Shown here piece by piece: positions 28,762 to 37,491 of a DNA stretch of 64,000 bases. The translations under genes were made by a program, and so were the position numbers. Under the pieces are notes generated by a model. The model was not told the origin of the DNA. It saw only the letters and a program-made list of their open reading frames with translations, and ran no database searches. Source of the DNA: Candidatus Omnitrophota bacterium (GTDB taxonomy: Bacteria; Omnitrophota; Gorgyraeia; Duberdicusellales; 4484-171); assembly GCA_021735655.1 (NCBI GenBank), contig JAIPGM010000003.1:192001-256000 (forward strand), given 5' to 3'. Position 1 is the first letter of the stretch, and each line of letters opens with the position of its first letter.

Positions 28762-28770
28762 GGAGATCAG

Positions 28771-29388
28771 ATGAGAAAAGCCCAAATAAAAAGAAAGACT
28801 AATGAAGTGGACATAAAGGGTAATTTTGTTGTTGATGGGGAAGGCAAAACCAAGCTAAATACTAGTTTTGAGCCGCTCAATCATTTATTGACCCTTTTTG
28901 CCTTTCACGGTTTGTTTGATTTAGATTTAGCGGCTGAAGGCGATCTTCAGCATCATATAATTGAAGATATTGGCATAGCTTTAGGTAAGGCCTTCAAGGA
29001 AGCTTTGGGTGATAAAAGTGGTATCAATCGGTACGGTAGCTTTTCAGCAACCATGGATAAAGTGGTGGTTGAAGCTAATGTTGACATATCGGGTAGGCCA
29101 TCTTTACATAGAGAAATTACCGCGGCCAATAAAGTTGGTGTCGATACAATTTTAGATAGTGGGACCTTCGATGATACTAGCTTTACCGCTAAACATGCCG
29201 AAGAGTTTTTAGAAGCTTTTACTCAGCATGGGGGATTGAGCCTGGTCTATAACATAAAGTCAGGAGAAGGTGATCTTCATCACATTCTGGAAGCTCTTTT
29301 TAAAGCGATGGGCAAGGCTCTAGATCAAGCTACCCAGATTGATCCACGCCGCAAAGGCATTCCTTCGACAAAAGGAATAATTGATTAA
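28771..29388 (+). CDS. hisB: imidazoleglycerol-phosphate dehydratase (monofunctional)
   Basis: IGPD motifs (the HHIIEDIGIALG and GEGDLHHILEALFKAMG regions). Confidence 0.85.
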   Translation: MRKAQIKRKTNEVDIKGNFVVDGEGKTKLNTSFEPLNHLLTLFAFHGLFDLDLAAEGDLQHHIIEDIGIALGKAFKEALGDKSGINRYGSFSATMDKVVVEANVDISGRPSLHREITAANKVGVDTILDSGTFDDTSFTAKHAEEFLEAFTQHGGLSLVYNIKSGEGDLHHILEALFKAMGKALDQATQIDPRRKGIPSTKGIID

Positions 29389-29403
29389 TTAGTAATTAAA
29401 ATT

Positions 29404-30003
29404 ATGATAGTAGTTGTTGATTACGGAATGGGTAATTTAAAAAGCGTAGCTAACGCTTGTAGGCTTTTAGGAAAACCGGCTATAGTTACTGATTCTAAGG
29501 AAGTAATAGCTAAGGCTGAGAAGATAATTTTTCCTGGTGTTGGTCATTTTGCTCAGGCGATGAAAGAGCTTAAAAAGCGAGGTTTGATTTCGGTAATTAA
29601 GAAAAAGATAGCCGAAGGCGCTCCTTTTTTCGGTATCTGTTTAGGTATGCAGATATTATTTGAGGAAAGCCAGGAAGCCCCGGGACTAAAGGGTCTAGGA
29701 GTTATTAAAGGAAAGGTTAAGAAGTTTAAAGATAAGAGTTTGCGTATTCCTCATATGGGTTGGAATCAGATAAATATTAAAAAGCCAACTATGTTTAAAG
29801 GGGTTAAAGACAGAAGTTTTCTTTACTTTGTTCACTCCTACTATTGTGAACCAAAAGATAAGAAAATAGTTGCAACTACTACTGATTATGGGGTTGAATT
29901 TGTTTCAAGCATAAGTGTTGAAAATATCTGGGCAGTTCAATTCCACGCTGAGAAAAGTCAAAGATTAGGCCTTAAGCTTTTCGATAACTTTTTAAAACAA
30001 TGA
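29404..30003 (+). CDS. hisH: imidazole glycerol phosphate synthase, glutamine amidotransferase subunit
   Basis: Class I GATase catalytic Cys in GICLGMQ, and the His in VQFHAE. Confidence 0.88.
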   Translation: MIVVVDYGMGNLKSVANACRLLGKPAIVTDSKEVIAKAEKIIFPGVGHFAQAMKELKKRGLISVIKKKIAEGAPFFGICLGMQILFEESQEAPGLKGLGVIKGKVKKFKDKSLRIPHMGWNQINIKKPTMFKGVKDRSFLYFVHSYYCEPKDKKIVATTTDYGVEFVSSISVENIWAVQFHAEKSQRLGLKLFDNFLKQ

Positions 30004-30710
30004 TTGTAATACCGGCTATCGATTTATATCAAGGAAAGGTTGTCCGCCTTATAAAAGGGGATATAAAATATTCTAAGGTTTACAGCGATAATCCTGTAGA
30101 GATTGCCAAAAAATGGGAAGCTGAGGGTGCAGAGCTTCTTCACTTAGTTGATCTTTCGGCTGCTCTTGGTGAAGGTGATAACTTAGAGGTAATAAAGGAT
30201 ATCATTGCTGAAGTTGACATCGAGGTTCAGGTTGGTGGTGGCATACGTGATATTAAGAAGGCTAAACAGCTTTTGTCCTTAGGCGTTGAAAGGGTAATTA
30301 TTGGAACCAAAGCTTTAGACGAGGACTTTCTTAATGAGGTTTTAAAATCTTTAGGTAAAGAGAAGTTTGCTATTGGCGTAGATGTTTTTAATTCTTGTTT
30401 GGCAATTGATGGCTGGAAGGAAAAGACTGATTTCAGCGGTTTAGATTTTGTAGCTTACCTGCAGCTTAAAGGTATAAGCTGGGTCATTTATACCGATGTT
30501 TGTCGCGATGGAACTTTGGAAGGCCTTGACTTCGATCAGATAACTAAGCTAGATATGTTTAGCGATATGAAAATTATAGCTTCCGGAGGAGTAGCTTCTT
30601 TAGATGATTTAAGGTTGTTGAAGAAACGTGCCCCTTTCATTTGGGGGGTTATAGTTGGCAAGGCTCTCTATGAAGGTAAATTTACCCTGACTGAAGCCCT
30701 TGGTGAGTAA
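30000..30710 (+). CDS. hisA: ProFAR isomerase
   Basis: MIVIPAIDLYQGKVVRL N-terminus and the (beta/alpha)8 HisA/HisF family fold. Confidence 0.85.
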   Translation: MIVIPAIDLYQGKVVRLIKGDIKYSKVYSDNPVEIAKKWEAEGAELLHLVDLSAALGEGDNLEVIKDIIAEVDIEVQVGGGIRDIKKAKQLLSLGVERVIIGTKALDEDFLNEVLKSLGKEKFAIGVDVFNSCLAIDGWKEKTDFSGLDFVAYLQLKGISWVIYTDVCRDGTLEGLDFDQITKLDMFSDMKIIASGGVASLDDLRLLKKRAPFIWGVIVGKALYEGKFTLTEALGE

Positions 30711-30734
30711 TTCTGTCGGTTTGCAATTTAGCTG

Positions 30735-30762
30735 TTGACAATATTATCAAATATGATATAAA
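30735..30762 (+). promoter_or_regulatory. sigma-70-like promoter upstream of rplM-rpsI: TTGACA, 16 nt, TATAAA
   Basis: TTGACA at 30735-30740 and TATAAA at 30757-30762. Confidence 0.5.
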
Positions 30763-30788
30763 AGGCTCTTAAGAATTTCAAGAAAAAT

Positions 30789-31214
30789 ATGAAAAAGACT
30801 AAGTTTTTCAACCCTAAAGAGAGAAGGTGGGTAGTTATTGACGCCAAGGATAAGGTCTTAGGCCGTCTAGCTACGCGTATAGCCATAGTTTTGCAAGGTA
30901 AAAATAAGGCGACTTATACACCAAATTCTATTTGTGGTGATCGGGTCGTTGTGATTAACGCAAGGCATGCAAGACTTACTGCTAATAAGGCTGAAACTAA
31001 GAGCTATGATCGTTATTCAGGATATCCTAGTGGTCGCAAGGATTTAACTTTAAAAGAGTTAATGAAGAAAAATCCTACTCGGGTAATGTATCTGGCGGTA
31101 AAGGGCATGGTTCCCAAGAATAACCGTGGCAGAGAAATGATGAAATCTTTAAAAATATATGCTGAGGCTGAGCATAATCAGCAGGCTCAGAAACCGGAGT
31201 CAATTAATATTTAA
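30789..31214 (+). CDS. rplM: 50S ribosomal protein L13
   Basis: L13 family, 141 aa, in the rplM-rpsI pair. Confidence 0.9.
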   Translation: MKKTKFFNPKERRWVVIDAKDKVLGRLATRIAIVLQGKNKATYTPNSICGDRVVVINARHARLTANKAETKSYDRYSGYPSGRKDLTLKELMKKNPTRVMYLAVKGMVPKNNRGREMMKSLKIYAEAEHNQQAQKPESINI

Positions 31215-31216
31215 TT

Positions 31217-31627
31217 ATGAAAGCAAAAATAAAAGAAAAAGAAAATTTCGCTGCCACTGGCCGAAGGAAAAAAGCTATCGCTCGGGTACGTGTTTTTCCT
31301 CAAGGAAAAGGTAAATTAGTGATTAATGGTAGAGATTTTGAGGCTTACTTTTCTACAGTTGATAATAGAATGCAGGTTAGGAAAACATTAATTGTAACTG
31401 AGTCTGAAGGTAAAATGGATGTTTTCGCTAATGTTAGTGGGGGAGGCCTTAGCGGCCAGGCTGGAGCTGTAAGCTTAGGTATAGCTCGTTGTATGGTTGA
31501 ATGGAATCCAGAACTTCGTAGTTTATTGCGAAGGGAAGATCTTCTTACCCGTGATCCTCGCGCCAAAGAACGCAAGAAATACGGCCGTAAAGGCGCCCGC
31601 AAAAGATTTCAGTGGACGAAACGGTAA
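31217..31627 (+). CDS. rpsI: 30S ribosomal protein S9
   Basis: C-terminal RKKYGRKGARKRFQWTKR is the S9 signature. Confidence 0.92.
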   Translation: MKAKIKEKENFAATGRRKKAIARVRVFPQGKGKLVINGRDFEAYFSTVDNRMQVRKTLIVTESEGKMDVFANVSGGGLSGQAGAVSLGIARCMVEWNPELRSLLRREDLLTRDPRAKERKKYGRKGARKRFQWTKR

Positions 31628-31701
31628 CTTTTACAGTTACTTTCAAGTCTTAATTCCAGTAAAACTATTTGATTGGGTTAATTGTTTAGGCCTGAAATGC
31701 C

Positions 31702-31730
31702 TTGACAATTCTAGCTATTTGGGTTAATTT
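31702..31730 (+). promoter_or_regulatory. candidate sigma-70 promoter for ribBA: TTGACA, 17 nt, TAATTT
   Basis: TTGACA at 31702-31707 and TAATTT at 31725-31730. The ATG is at 31739. Confidence 0.4.
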
Positions 31731-31738
31731 ATTTTATT

Positions 31739-32926
31739 ATGTTTAGTTCAATTGAAGATATTTTAGCTGATATTTTAGTCGGAAAGCCAGTAATCGTAGT
31801 CGACGATGAGGCTCGAGAAAATGAGGGGGATTTAGTAGTTGCTGCTGAATTCGCTACTCCTGAGGCGATTAATTTTATGATTAAGGAGGCTCGGGGTTTA
31901 GTTTGCGTTCCGATGGAGCGTTCGCGAATCGAAGCTCTTGATTTAGAGCCAATGCATCATAAGCCTTCCCGAGATCCTTTCAAAACAGCTTGGCGAGTTT
32001 CAGTAGATGCTGCTACTGGAGTTACTACTGGTATTTCAGCCTTTGATCGTTCAAGGACTATTTCAGTTTTAATTAACCCTGAAAGTAAACCAAGCGATTT
32101 TACAAAACCAGGCCATCTATTTCCTCTAGAGGCTAAAGACGGTGGAGTACTGACAAGAACTGGGCATACTGAAGCTGCTGTAGATTTAGCTAAGTTGGCA
32201 GGGGTTTACCCGGCTGGAGTAATTTGTGAAATAATAAAGGAAGATGGTTCAATGGCTAGGCTTCCGGGTTTGATAAAGTTTGCCAAAAAGCACGGGTTAA
32301 AGATATGTACCATTGCTTCGTTAATTAAGTATCGCAGCAAGAAAGAAAAACTAGTAAAGTTAGTTACGGAAGTCAATTTGCCTACCGATTACGGACAGTT
32401 TAAACTTTTTCTTTACGAATCTTTACTTGATGGATCTGAGCACTTAGCTTTAGTTAAAGGAACGATAAGTGAAAAATCGGTTTTAGTACGTGTGCATTCA
32501 GAGTGTCTTACTGGAGATATTCTTACTTCGCACCGTTGTGATTGTGGTAATCAACTTCATCAGTCGATGAAAATGATTGCTGATTGCGGTGGGGTCCTTC
32601 TTTATATGCGTCAGGAAGGAAGAGGAATTGGTTTAAAAGCTAAGATGAAAGCTTACCATTTACAGGAGAAAGGCCTTGATACTGTCGAGGCAAATCAGAG
32701 CTTAGGCTTTGCTTCCGATCTTAGAGATTATGGAATCGGAGCCCAGATTTTGGTAGAATTAGGGGTTAGGAAAATAAAACTTTTAACTAATAATCCTAAG
32801 AAAATAATCGGTCTCCAGGGGTATGGTTTAGAAATTACTGAGCGGGTGCCGATAAAAAGTGTCGCACATCCAGAAAGTGAACGTTATCTTAAAACTAAGA
32901 AGAATAAATTGGACCATATATTGTAA
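31739..32926 (+). CDS. ribBA: bifunctional 3,4-dihydroxy-2-butanone-4-phosphate synthase / GTP cyclohydrolase II
   Basis: DHBP synthase N-domain ([12 protein letters not shown]) and GTP cyclohydrolase II C-domain with the Cys zinc motif ([15 protein letters not shown]). Confidence 0.9.
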   Translation: MFSSIEDILADILVGKPVIVVDDEARENEGDLVVAAEFATPEAINFMIKEARGLVCVPMERSRIEALDLEPMHHKPSRDPFKTAWRVSVDAATGVTTGISAFDRSRTISVLINPESKPSDFTKPGHLFPLEAKDGGVLTRTGHTEAAVDLAKLAGVYPAGVICEIIKEDGSMARLPGLIKFAKKHGLKICTIASLIKYRSKKEKLVKLVTEVNLPTDYGQFKLFLYESLLDGSEHLALVKGTISEKSVLVRVHSECLTGDILTSHRCDCGNQLHQSMKMIADCGGVLLYMRQEGRGIGLKAKMKAYHLQEKGLDTVEANQSLGFASDLRDYGIGAQILVELGVRKIKLLTNNPKKIIGLQGYGLEITERVPIKSVAHPESERYLKTKKNKLDHIL

Positions 32927-32938
32927 GAGGAGGTAGCT

Positions 32939-33397
32939 ATGAAAGAAATAAGAGGCAGTTTCTCCGGTAAAGGAAAAAAAATCGCCATCATTGTTTCCCG
33001 ATTTAACGAATTTATCAGTAATCAGTTGCTTGCCGGATGTGTTGACGCTTTAAAGAAGTCAGGCGTAGCCGATGGCAGTATTTCGGTTATTTGGACACCG
33101 GGAGCTTTTGAGATACCACAGGTATTGAGCAAGTTGGAAACAAAGAAGTTTGATGCGGTTATTGCTTTGGGGGCGGTAATTAGAGGTGAAACTCCCCATT
33201 TTGATTATATTGCTTCTGAAGTTTCTAAAGGAGTTGCTCGTTTTGCTCAAGATAAAAAAGTTCCAGTAGTCTTCGGAGTAATCACCGCTGATACAGTTGA
33301 GCAGGCAGTTGAGCGCTCTGGCACTAAGCAAGGCAACAAAGGTCGCGATGCTGCCTTAAGTGCTCTAGAGATGGCAGACATTTATTTGCAAATTTAA
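32939..33397 (+). CDS. ribH: 6,7-dimethyl-8-ribityllumazine synthase
   Basis: Lumazine synthase family; IAIIVSRFNEFI and GAFEIP motifs. Confidence 0.9.
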   Translation: MKEIRGSFSGKGKKIAIIVSRFNEFISNQLLAGCVDALKKSGVADGSISVIWTPGAFEIPQVLSKLETKKFDAVIALGAVIRGETPHFDYIASEVSKGVARFAQDKKVPVVFGVITADTVEQAVERSGTKQGNKGRDAALSALEMADIYLQI

Positions 33398-33420
33398 TTT
33401 TCGATATTTGATTTTTTAAA

Positions 33421-33840
33421 ATGCGTTTACGAACAAAATCCCGGGAGATTGCCCTAAGTCTTCTCTACCAAATAGAGCTGTCAAAAATTTCCCCATCAGA
33501 CGCCCTCAAGAATTATTCAGAACAATATCCCCAAAAACAAGAAGTTATTGATTTTTTTTCTTTGTTGGTTGAAGGTGTGCATAAAAATATGGACCAAATT
33601 AATTTTTTGATAAAAAAGTATGTTAAGAACTGGGAAATTAGCAGAATGGCAGTTATTGATCGTAATATTTTGCGTTTAGCTTGTTTTGAATTATTGTTTT
33701 TAGACGATATTCCACCCAAGGTAACCATCAACGAGGCAATTGAGCTTGCCAAGCGTTTCGGTGATTTAGATTCGCCGCGATTTGTTAATGGCATGGTAGA
33801 TAAAATATATAAAGCCGAGGGCAAGAATGTTGATAAATAG
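33421..33840 (+). CDS. nusB: transcription antitermination factor NusB
   Basis: All-helical NusB family, 139 aa, located after ribH as in many bacteria. Confidence 0.8.
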   Translation: MRLRTKSREIALSLLYQIELSKISPSDALKNYSEQYPQKQEVIDFFSLLVEGVHKNMDQINFLIKKYVKNWEISRMAVIDRNILRLACFELLFLDDIPPKVTINEAIELAKRFGDLDSPRFVNGMVDKIYKAEGKNVDK

Positions 33841-34675
33841 AGTTAGCAATGATCGCTGCGATTTACATATTCATTCTAAGTTTTCTGATAGTGACTTAGA
33901 AGTAGAGGATATTTTTAAGCAGGCTAAAGAAAAAGGCCTTCGTTGCATTGCTATAACTGATCATGATACATGCGAAGGCATTCCTGAAGCTCGAATTAAT
34001 AGTAAGAAATATGACATTGAGCTGATTGAAGCTTTTGAGTTAAGCGCTCAACACAAAGATGTTGAGGTTCACATTCTAGGCTATTTTGTTGATTCTGATA
34101 ACTTAGAGTTTCGTAAAGAGTTGGATGAGGTTAAAATATCGCGGCGTAATCGACTCATTGAAATGACTGAGGTTTTAGCTTCCTTAGGCTTAAAGGTAGA
34201 CCCAAAAGAGTTAATGTCAATGGTTGGCGATATAGTACCAACTCGTTTGCATCTAGCATTATATCTTTTGAATAAAGGAATAGTTTCATCTTTGTATGAA
34301 GCTTTTCGAAAATATCTTTCGCCGGGCAAGCCAGCTTATCGGGCTCGCTTTAAGCATTCGGTAGCTGATGCAGTTAATCTAATTAAAAAGCATCAAGGAC
34401 TTTCCTTCTTGGCTCATCCGCATATAATAACTAGGCAGGATTGGGTTGAAGAGTTTCTTTCTTTAGGCATAGACGGCTTAGAGGTGGCTTATTCGAGCAT
34501 GTCTCCGGCTAAAAAATTGATGTACGGTAATTTGGTAAAGAAGCTTGGTCTTCTTAGGAGCGGTGGTTCTGACGCCCATGGCAGTTATAAGCAGTTTACC
34601 AAAATTGGCAAAATAACTATTCCTTATCAGTGGGTTGAAGAAATGAAGGCCCGTCGAGAAGCTTTAAAAACTTAA
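33827..34675 (+). CDS. PHP-domain metal-dependent phosphoesterase (TrpH/YciV-like; possibly a histidinol-phosphatase)
   Basis: CDLHIHSKFSDS N-terminal PHP His motif, and internal ITDHD, LAHP and GSDAHG metal-binding motifs. Confidence 0.7.
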   Translation: MLINRVSNDRCDLHIHSKFSDSDLEVEDIFKQAKEKGLRCIAITDHDTCEGIPEARINSKKYDIELIEAFELSAQHKDVEVHILGYFVDSDNLEFRKELDEVKISRRNRLIEMTEVLASLGLKVDPKELMSMVGDIVPTRLHLALYLLNKGIVSSLYEAFRKYLSPGKPAYRARFKHSVADAVNLIKKHQGLSFLAHPHIITRQDWVEEFLSLGIDGLEVAYSSMSPAKKLMYGNLVKKLGLLRSGGSDAHGSYKQFTKIGKITIPYQWVEEMKARREALKT

Positions 34676-34684
34676 AAAGATTCG

Positions 34685-35764
34685 ATGTTAGACAGCTACT
34701 ACATGGAGCGTGCGCTTTTGTTGGCTAAGCAGGGAGAAGGTTTTACTTCGCCTAATCCTTTGGTCGGGGCAGTTATTGTTAAGAAGGATAAGATAGTATC
34801 TCAAGGTTATCATAAAAAATCCGGCTTGGCCCATGCTGAAATCGAAGCAATAAATAAGATTAGTCTTTCGTCCTGCCGAGGGGCAACTCTTTATGTTAAT
34901 TTAGAGCCTTGTTCTCATTTTGGAAAAACTCCGCCTTGTGTTGATAGGATAATTAAAATGAAGTTTAGGAGAGTAGTTATCGCGACTAAGGATCCTACCC
35001 AAAAGGTTAATGGTAAGTCGATAAGAAAATTAAAAAAAGCCGGGGTTAAGACTTCGGTTGGGTTATTGAAGAGTCAAGCTTCTAAACTCAATGAGGTATT
35101 TTTTAAAAACAGTATAAAATCGATGCCTTTTGTGGTTGCAAAGGTTGCTCAGAGCCTGGACGGAAAAATTGCAACTAGAAAAGGTATTTCTAAATGGATT
35201 ACCGGTCAAGATTCACGCAAAATGTCTAAAGCTTTGCGGGATAAATACGATTCGGTTTTAGTCGGAGTTAATACGGTTTTGAAAGATAATCCTGTGTTAG
35301 CCGGATTAAAGAGGGTGCCATTTAGGGTGGTTATCGACCCTAGTTTAAAGATTAACCCGAAAGCCCACATTTTAAAACATAACCCAACTAAAACTATTAT
35401 TATTACTGCTTCAGGCGATAAAGTTAAGTTGAAAAAACTTCCTGGCCTGGTAACGGTTTTAACTATTAAGAGAGATAAAGCTGGGTTAATTCCAATTAAA
35501 AAGATTCTGAAATCACTATATAGCTTAGGGATAATGTCAGTTTTTGTTGAGGGCGGTTCAAGAACGATCGGTAACTTTTTTGATCATAAGTTAATTGATA
35601 AGGTATTTTTCTTTATTGCACCTAAGATAATTGGCGGTAAGGACGCACTCAGCTCAATTGGCGCTAAAGGTTTTGCTGCGCTTAAAGACGCCCCAGGCTT
35701 AAAAGATGTAAGGATAGAAAGGGTTAAGCAAGATATAATAATTTCAGGATATCCGAAATATTAG
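34685..35764 (+). CDS. ribD: bifunctional riboflavin biosynthesis deaminase/reductase
   Basis: CMP/dCMP deaminase zinc motif HAEIEAI...PCSHFGKTPPC, and a C-terminal RibD reductase domain. Confidence 0.88.
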   Translation: MLDSYYMERALLLAKQGEGFTSPNPLVGAVIVKKDKIVSQGYHKKSGLAHAEIEAINKISLSSCRGATLYVNLEPCSHFGKTPPCVDRIIKMKFRRVVIATKDPTQKVNGKSIRKLKKAGVKTSVGLLKSQASKLNEVFFKNSIKSMPFVVAKVAQSLDGKIATRKGISKWITGQDSRKMSKALRDKYDSVLVGVNTVLKDNPVLAGLKRVPFRVVIDPSLKINPKAHILKHNPTKTIIITASGDKVKLKKLPGLVTVLTIKRDKAGLIPIKKILKSLYSLGIMSVFVEGGSRTIGNFFDHKLIDKVFFFIAPKIIGGKDALSSIGAKGFAALKDAPGLKDVRIERVKQDIIISGYPKY

Positions 35765-36343
35765 ATGAAGAGTAAAGCCTTTCATGGTTTAATTATTAGC
35801 CGGCGCTCAACCAGACTTTTTAAGCAAAAGAAGGTTTCGCTTAAGATACTTAAGCAAGCAGTTAATGCCGGACGCTTGGCTCCTTCTGCGGCAAACCTGC
35901 AGTATTTAGAATATCTGGTTGTAACTGGCTCTAGAAATTTAGAAAAAGTGTTTCCGCATACTCGTTGGGCCGGATATTTGCATCCAAAAAGAATTCCACC
36001 TCAAGGTAAGCGACCAACCTGTTATATTTTTATCTTGGTTAATAAATTAAAGTCAAAGCAACCTGATTCCCGAGACGTGGGCGCAGCAGTTGAAAACATT
36101 ATTCTGTCTCTTCTTGCCGAGGGTATTGCTAGTTGTTGGATTGCTGCTCTTGATAGAGTGGCTTTGAGAAAAGCGTTAAAAATCCCTTTAAAATTTAAGA
36201 TAGACTCTCTAGTTGCCTGTGGCTATCCGGCAGAATACCCTAAATTGGAAACGGATGCAAAAAAAGTAAAATATTGGTTAGATAAAAAAGGTCGTCTGCA
36301 CGTTCCTAAACGCCCCCTTAAAGATATTATCTATTTTAATTAA
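35765..36343 (+). CDS. nitroreductase-family protein
   Basis: RRSTRLF FMN-binding motif of the nitroreductase fold, 192 aa. Confidence 0.65.
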   Translation: MKSKAFHGLIISRRSTRLFKQKKVSLKILKQAVNAGRLAPSAANLQYLEYLVVTGSRNLEKVFPHTRWAGYLHPKRIPPQGKRPTCYIFILVNKLKSKQPDSRDVGAAVENIILSLLAEGIASCWIAALDRVALRKALKIPLKFKIDSLVACGYPAEYPKLETDAKKVKYWLDKKGRLHVPKRPLKDIIYFN

Positions 36344-36348
36344 ATTTT

Positions 36349-37026
36349 ATGAAAGAGTTTGATCAACTTTTGAAAACAGTGCGAATTTTGCGTTCACCTA
36401 AAGGGTGTCCTTGGGATAGAGCTCAAAAAGTTAAAGATATGAAAGGCTATCTTTTAGAGGAGGTCTATGAACTTATTGACGGCATCGATCGAAATCAGGC
36501 TAAGACTGTTGAAGAAGAGTTAGGGGATATTTTTCTAATTTTGATTGTAATCACCGAGATGTTTCGTTACGATAACAATAAGTTTGATCTTAAGAAAGTA
36601 TTTAAGAAAATTAATAATAAATTAATTTCTCGCCATCCTCATGTTTTTAGCAGCAAGAGGCTAAATACGAAAGAGGAGGTCTTGGATCATTGGGTCAAGG
36701 CTAAGGCTAAGAAAAAAAAGCGAAAATCGATAAAAGACCGGTTGCCTCAAGCTGCGCCTTCTTTACTTTTAGCTAATATTTTTTTAAAAGAGTGTACTTA
36801 TTTAACTGGAAAGAAGTTAAATAAAAATCAGTTTCTAAAATTACATCTTAAGTTAAAAGATAAGGTCAAGGCTTTGAAAGGCAATAAGGCTTCAAAAGAT
36901 CTATTAAGCGATATTATTATTGATGTATCTAAAATTGCCTTTAGCCGTGGTATCAATTTGGAAACTCAGACCAGAAAGGTGATTTTGAGAGAAGCGAAGA
37001 AGACCCTTTATGATAATGGCGGCTGA
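36349..37026 (+). CDS. mazG: nucleoside triphosphate pyrophosphohydrolase MazG
   Basis: PKGCPWDRAQKVKDMKGYLLEEVYELIDGI MazG EEXX(E/D) motif. Confidence 0.8.
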   Translation: MKEFDQLLKTVRILRSPKGCPWDRAQKVKDMKGYLLEEVYELIDGIDRNQAKTVEEELGDIFLILIVITEMFRYDNNKFDLKKVFKKINNKLISRHPHVFSSKRLNTKEEVLDHWVKAKAKKKKRKSIKDRLPQAAPSLLLANIFLKECTYLTGKKLNKNQFLKLHLKLKDKVKALKGNKASKDLLSDIIIDVSKIAFSRGINLETQTRKVILREAKKTLYDNGG

Positions 37027-37084
37027 TTTTTATGTTATATGAAAATAAAATGAAAAAAATAAGAATTTAAGTTTTTTTGTTTTT

Positions 37085-37093
37085 TGCTATAAT
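37085..37093 (+). promoter_or_regulatory. extended -10 element (TGcTATAAT) upstream of the PilZ-domain gene
   Basis: TGCTATAAT at 37085-37093 with the ATG at 37102. There is no good -35. Confidence 0.35.
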
Positions 37094-37101
37094 GATTTTC
37101 T

Positions 37102-37452
37102 ATGGAAAATAAAAGACGCATTCTAAGGTTAAATGTTGGTGATTTTGTAGAGATTCGTCCACTTTCTGAGGTTGGCAAGGTCCATAAGGGCAAGGCTAAA
37201 GATATATCACCTATGGGGATATGCTTTTCTAGTGATACCGAGTGGAAGACAGGGCAAGTCTTGCTTATTGATTATTTTATCCCTGAAGAGCTTGATTCAA
37301 TCCAGCTTAAATTAGTGGTAGCTTGGTCAGAGTTTATCGATCCGGAAAGCGGGTATTTTTGCGGTGGAGAGTTAATAGACGTTGAACCCTCAAAAGAAAC
37401 AACATTCGCCACGTATTATTTTAAGAGATTGCAAGATCGGCCTTCTAGATAG
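37102..37452 (+). CDS. PilZ-domain protein (c-di-GMP-binding type)
   Basis: RRILRLNV (RxxxR) and DISPMGICF (D-x-S-x-x-G) match the two PilZ c-di-GMP-binding motifs. Length is 116 aa. Confidence 0.65.
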   Translation: MENKRRILRLNVGDFVEIRPLSEVGKVHKGKAKDISPMGICFSSDTEWKTGQVLLIDYFIPEELDSIQLKLVVAWSEFIDPESGYFCGGELIDVEPSKETTFATYYFKRLQDRPSR

Positions 37453-37491
37453 CTTTGATCAAACTTTCTTGTCTAAATAAATTCTAAATTA

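Noticed and set aside
31628-31738. Looked for an FMN riboswitch (RFN element) upstream of ribBA, and before ribD at 34676-34684
   Set aside because: The intergenic regions are about 110 nt and 9 nt. No conserved RFN helices or AGGATAT/GGTGCC-type motifs were seen. A simple promoter explains the leader.
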